Shown here in pieces: positions 60,350-64,000 of a DNA stretch of 64,000 nt. Made by a program: the position numbers and the translations under genes. The notes beneath the pieces were generated by a model that searched no databases, was not told the DNA's origin, and saw only the letters and a list, made by a program, of their open reading frames with translations. Position 1 is the first letter of the stretch; every line of letters begins with the position of its first letter. The stretch covers positions 16,634 to 80,633 of IMG/VR virus record IMGVR_UViG_3300017955_000001, one strand, 5' to 3'. The stretch comes from a virus.

Positions 60350-60589
60350 CTACCTCTTCCTCGCGGTCAAGAGGACGCCGAGGCGCTCCGCCACCTCGGG
60401 CCTCAGCTTGACGGTGCCGACCGACCCGATCTCGGGGTCGTCGTCGGTCAGCTCGACGGAGCCGTCGTCGAAGATCCTGACCGTGGGGCAGCACCTCTTG
60501 TACCCGCACGCGGGGTTCTGCGGCTCCGCAGGGGTCGGCGGGACCTGATCGCAGAGCACCTCTTCGTAGATCTTGTTCGGCTGTCCCAT
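60350..60589 (-). CDS. Small hypothetical protein
   Basis: GAGGA SD; CCPTVRIFDDGSVELTDD. Confidence 0.6.
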   Translation of the reverse strand: MGQPNKIYEEVLCDQVPPTPAEPQNPACGYKRCCPTVRIFDDGSVELTDDDPEIGSVGTVKLRPEVAERLGVLLTARKR

Positions 60590-60600
60590 GGGTCATCCTC

Positions 60601-61137
60601 TCATCCGGTCGGGAGCGGCACCTCTCTCAGGTACATCGTCGAGGCGGCCTCGTTGGGCGAGGAGCCGGAGGTGGTGAGCAGCGCGCCCGAGCTGCTGGCG
60701 ACGACGACGAGGTTCACGTGCGCCGTCGCCCCCAGCGCGAGCGCGCCCGGCAGGAGGAGCGTGACCGGGATGGACTCGTAGCCCTCCGAGTCGAGCGTCG
60801 CGGCGGCGACGGGGGTGGTCGTCGTCGTCCCGTTGATCCGGGCGAAGACGAAGATGTTGATCTGCCCCTCGGTGGTGTTGCGGACCTCCACCGCGGCCTC
60901 GACGAGGACGTCGCCGGTCACGTTCGGCGTGATGGGGGCGCCGTCCGCCGTGATCGTCCCCGCACTGACGGCCGACCCGTTCGCCGCCGTGAAGACGGCG
61001 GTCCCGGGCGCCGTGGCGATGGCCTGGTCGCTGCCCGGGCCCAGCGCGAAGTTACTGGCGAACGCCGCCGAGGCCCCGCGCGGGGTGTCGGGGTAGCTGT
61101 GGCGCGCGAACGTTCGCCCGATGCGGAACTCGCCCAT
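60601..61137 (-). CDS. Putative virion beta-sandwich protein with an IGRTFARHSYP motif
   Basis: Variant of the shared N-terminal motif; C-terminal MYLREV. Confidence 0.65.
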   Translation of the reverse strand: MGEFRIGRTFARHSYPDTPRGASAAFASNFALGPGSDQAIATAPGTAVFTAANGSAVSAGTITADGAPITPNVTGDVLVEAAVEVRNTTEGQINIFVFARINGTTTTTPVAAATLDSEGYESIPVTLLLPGALALGATAHVNLVVVASSSGALLTTSGSSPNEAASTMYLREVPLPTG

Positions 61138-61140
61138 GAC

Positions 61141-62511
61141 TTACCTCTTCTTCTTGTGCGCCGTCTTGCGCTTGTGGGCCGCTCGACCCGAATGGCCGCG
61201 CGCGCCGCGGGCACCCTTGCCGCCCTTGCCCATCGAGGCGGCGGCGACGACGCCGACGAGCGCGACGACGCCGACCGCGCCGGCCGCGATCGCCCCGGTG
61301 CTGATGCCCGCCTTGGCGGGGGCGGTGACGACGGGCTGCAGCGGGCCGCTCGGAGTCGGGGTGCCGCCACCGCCGCCGGTGATCGCGGGTCCGGTGCCCC
61401 CGCCACCCGAGGGTGCGGGCGGCGGCGCCGGGATCGGCGCGCACTGGCCGGTCCGCGGGTCGAGCGCGGTGCCGGGCGGGCAGGTGACGGCGACCGGTGC
61501 GGCCGCCGGGATCGTCGCGGGCGCGCTGCTCTGCCCGGGCGGCGACCACCACGCCGGGCGCGGGCTGCACCCCGCGGGCGCGCCGGGGACGAGGCGCTGC
61601 GCGGCGGCCGCCGTGTCCGTGCCGTACTTGCCGTCCACCGGCTGGCCGAGCGCGCGCTGGGCCGCGCTCACCGCGGCGACGTTCTGCTGCTGGCAGGGGT
61701 CGTACGTCAGGAGCGCCGTCACGGCGGACGGCGCGCCCGCCGCGGGCGCGGCCGAGGGCGCGCTCGGGGCGACGGCCGACGGGGTGATCGCGGGGGCGGG
61801 CGCGCTCGGCGCCGCGCCGCAGCCGGGGGCGACCGACTGCCCGCCGAGCGCCGACGAGAGCGCGGCGGCCGTGACCGGCTCGTACTTGCCCGTGTTGATG
61901 GGCACGGCCTGGCCCGGATTGACGGCGTTCCACGCGGCCTTGAAGTTGTGGATCGCCGTGTTGACCGCGGTGCCGGGCCGCCCGACGCTCGCGCAGTAGT
62001 TCGGGTCGGCGGAGAGCGCCGCGGCCGCCGCCGCCGCCGCGGCGGTGACGCCGACGGCCCCGCCCGCCGCGGCCGCTGCGGTGGCGGAGGGGAGGCCGAC
62101 GCAGTTGCTCTGCCCCGCGGGGGCCCACCACGCGGGCCGCGGGCTGCACCCGGCGGGCGCGCCCGGCACGACGCGCTGCGCGGCGGTGGCCGTGCCGCTG
62201 CCCCACTTGCCGTCCGCGGGCTGGCCGAGCGCGGCCTGCGCGGCGCAGACGAGGGCGACGTTCGCCTGGTCGCAGGGGCTGCCCGCGGCGACGAGCGCGC
62301 CGACGGCGTCGGCGGGGGCGCCGACGAAACCCACCCCGACGCCGACGGGCACGCTCACGGTCTCGCCGGAGGCGAGGCTGCGCCAGGTGCGCTGGCCGGC
62401 GACGACGGTCGTGGCTTTCCGCGGGTTCGCGCCGATGAGCGACGCCAGGGGCACGCCGAAGCGCGACGCGATGCGGGCCGGGGACTCGCCTGCCTTGACT
62501 CTGTAGAGCAT
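61141..62511 (-). CDS. LysM plus repeated PG-binding-like domains, C-terminal TM and basic tail
   Basis: YRVKAGESPARIASRFGV..LIGANP; two copies of AQ.ALGQP.DGK[WY]G..T...PAGCSPRPAWW; tail KRKTAHKKKR. Confidence 0.8.
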   Translation of the reverse strand: MLYRVKAGESPARIASRFGVPLASLIGANPRKATTVVAGQRTWRSLASGETVSVPVGVGVGFVGAPADAVGALVAAGSPCDQANVALVCAAQAALGQPADGKWGSGTATAAQRVVPGAPAGCSPRPAWWAPAGQSNCVGLPSATAAAAAGGAVGVTAAAAAAAAALSADPNYCASVGRPGTAVNTAIHNFKAAWNAVNPGQAVPINTGKYEPVTAAALSSALGGQSVAPGCGAAPSAPAPAITPSAVAPSAPSAAPAAGAPSAVTALLTYDPCQQQNVAAVSAAQRALGQPVDGKYGTDTAAAAQRLVPGAPAGCSPRPAWWSPPGQSSAPATIPAAAPVAVTCPPGTALDPRTGQCAPIPAPPPAPSGGGGTGPAITGGGGGTPTPSGPLQPVVTAPAKAGISTGAIAAGAVGVVALVGVVAAASMGKGGKGARGARGHSGRAAHKRKTAHKKKR

Positions 62512-62547
62512 GGGACTTTTTCCTTGTTTTCCGTGGGTGGTGGTGTT

Positions 62548-63288
62548 TCAGCGCCGGCGGCGGCCGCCCTTCTTGCGCGTCGCCGCGAGGGCGATGCCGC
62601 CGACGACGGCGGCGCCCGCGACGCCGATGCCGACCATCGCGCCCGTCGACAGCTTCTTCGTCGTCGTCGACGCGGGCGCGGCGGTCGGGTTCGCGACCGG
62701 GGGGTTCGCGAGCGGTGCGGGCGTGGCGGGGTAGGTCGGGTAGTCGGTCGCGTGCATCCCGGCGATCGTGATGAGCGCGCTGAGCGTGTCCTGGTCGACG
62801 ACGCCGTCGGTGCGCAGCGCCTTGCCGGGCGCCTTGGGCGGGGCGTAGTTATTGTTGTACCAGGACTGGAAGCACCCCGCGGCCTGCGGGATGCTCGGGC
62901 CCCAGGTCGCGCAGGTCGTCCCGCTCGCCTGCATGACCTTGGTGTTGAGCGTGACCAGCGTGTTGCCGATCCAAGCCTGCTGCGCGGGCGTCAGCGTCGC
63001 GAAGATGTCCGGGTCGGTCGGCCCGCCCAGCGCGAATCCACGAGCCCTCTTGCCACCGTACGAGATCGCTTCGAGCATGAGTCCTTCTCCTGGTCCTGAG
63101 AGTCCCGATGTGACGCCGGTCTGCGCCCAGGGCGGAACCGGACCGTTGCAGTCGACGCACGCCGGCTGGGCCGGCAGGGTGTTTTGCGCGTAGAGGCACG
63201 CGTTCGCGCGGATGCCGGGGTCAGTAGGACCCTGCACCGGGACGTCGGTGACGTAGTCCGGCACGCCGGCGGCCTGCGCGGGGGTCAC
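62548..63288 (-). CDS. PG-binding-like protein with a C-terminal TM and basic tail
   Basis: CFQSWYN..LRTDGVVDQDT; GAMVGIGVAGAAVVGGIALAATRKKGGRRRR. Confidence 0.7.
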   Translation of the reverse strand: MTPAQAAGVPDYVTDVPVQGPTDPGIRANACLYAQNTLPAQPACVDCNGPVPPWAQTGVTSGLSGPGEGLMLEAISYGGKRARGFALGGPTDPDIFATLTPAQQAWIGNTLVTLNTKVMQASGTTCATWGPSIPQAAGCFQSWYNNNYAPPKAPGKALRTDGVVDQDTLSALITIAGMHATDYPTYPATPAPLANPPVANPTAAPASTTTKKLSTGAMVGIGVAGAAVVGGIALAATRKKGGRRRR

Positions 63289-64000
63289 GGCACGTCCCTC
63301 CCCAGGTTGTCCGCGAAGGACAGCGACCCGTAGATGCTGCCGTACTGCGCGTACGGGCTGTAGGCGACGACGAACCGGTCCTCGTCCGAGAGCGCGACGA
63401 ACTGCTGGGTGACGGCCGAGTCGGCGAGCGACGGGTTGGTCGTGGGGTCGTTCTGCCGCACGCTCGCGAAGAGCGCGACGTCGCACGGCGGCACGATGGG
63501 TATGTCGAGGGTGCGCTCGGCCTGGTCGGTGCGCGACGAGTACCGCAGCTCGTGGATGTTGCCGAGGCCCTGGACCGCCGTGCCCCACGGCCGGCCGCCG
63601 TTCGGGGCCGCGTACGCGGTCGGCGCCGTCGGCGGGCCCGCGATCGTCTGGTAGAGCAGGGCCGGGCTCTCGCTGTCCTGGAACATCACGCCGTCGACGT
63701 TCAGGGGGTTGCGCCGGTCGCGCGTGACCTTGTTGATGATCATGACGTGCCAGGAGATGCTGCCGTCGACCGGGTGCCAGAGCGGCTGGCAGATCTCCCT
63801 CCGGAACGTGACCGTGCTGCCGACGGCGGGGCCCGCGCCGGTCGCGAGCGGCCCGGTCCGCGCCGGGATGCGCGCGACCAGCTCCGCGTAGGTCCGCAAG
63901 CCGACGAGGCGCACGCCGCGGTTGTCGGGGCTCTGCTCGCCGCCCTGGAAGCTCGCGCGCGCGAGTAGCATCAGGTATCGGTTGCCGCCGAGGGCCGCAG
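63285..64000 (-). CDS. Beta-rich putative structural protein (5'-partial)
   Basis: Frame remains open to the window end (AALGGNRYLMLLARASF...). Confidence 0.6.
   Translation of the reverse strand, partial: AALGGNRYLMLLARASFQGGEQSPDNRGVRLVGLRTYAELVARIPARTGPLATGAGPAVGSTVTFRREICQPLWHPVDGSISWHVMIINKVTRDRRNPLNVDGVMFQDSESPALLYQTIAGPPTAPTAYAAPNGGRPWGTAVQGLGNIHELRYSSRTDQAERTLDIPIVPPCDVALFASVRQNDPTTNPSLADSAVTQQFVALSDEDRFVVAYSPYAQYGSIYGSLSFADNLGRDVP

Noticed and set aside
60718-63099. 793-aa plus-strand ORF
   Set aside because: It is an antisense shadow of the LysM/PG-binding genes.
1-64000. Reverse transcriptase/DGR/retron, terminase, portal, major capsid, DNA polymerase, rRNA
   Set aside because: No diagnostic motifs were recognised by eye in any ORF; divergent versions cannot be excluded without profile searches.

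Overview
A 64-kb, very GC-rich, gene-dense segment of a temperate phage or phage-plasmid. The host is probably Myxococcota-like, inferred from the style of the lipoproteins. From left to right: (1) accessory/early genes, including a rhomboid protease, a degenerate transglutaminase-like gene, tRNA-Arg(ACG), a large conserved phage protein with its partner, and an HNH gene. (2) A primase/Zn-finger/DnaB-like helicase fusion with a structured leader and an internal iteron-like GCCACAC array (candidate origin). (3) A leftward operon: M41-like peptidase, UDG-like protein, NUMOD4-HNH, RadD-like SF2 helicase, RHH regulator. (4) A rightward recombination operon: DnaQ exonuclease, a circularly permuted Cas4-like PD-(D/E)XK nuclease, AAA_24/Sak4-like ATPase, SSB-like protein, Dam. 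(5) A leftward operon of acidic mosaic proteins with Arg-rich linkers, including an ADP-ribosyltransferase-ParB fusion. (6) A Cre-like tyrosine recombinase, three toxin-antitoxin modules and a candidate sRNA. (7) A long leftward late region with membrane-anchored LysM/PG-binding-like proteins, fibre-like proteins, a multi-enzyme lysis-like cluster and a seven-gene glycosylation island. I saw no terminase, portal, major capsid, tape measure, reverse transcriptase or CRISPR array. All family assignments come from motif recognition by eye, not from database searches.
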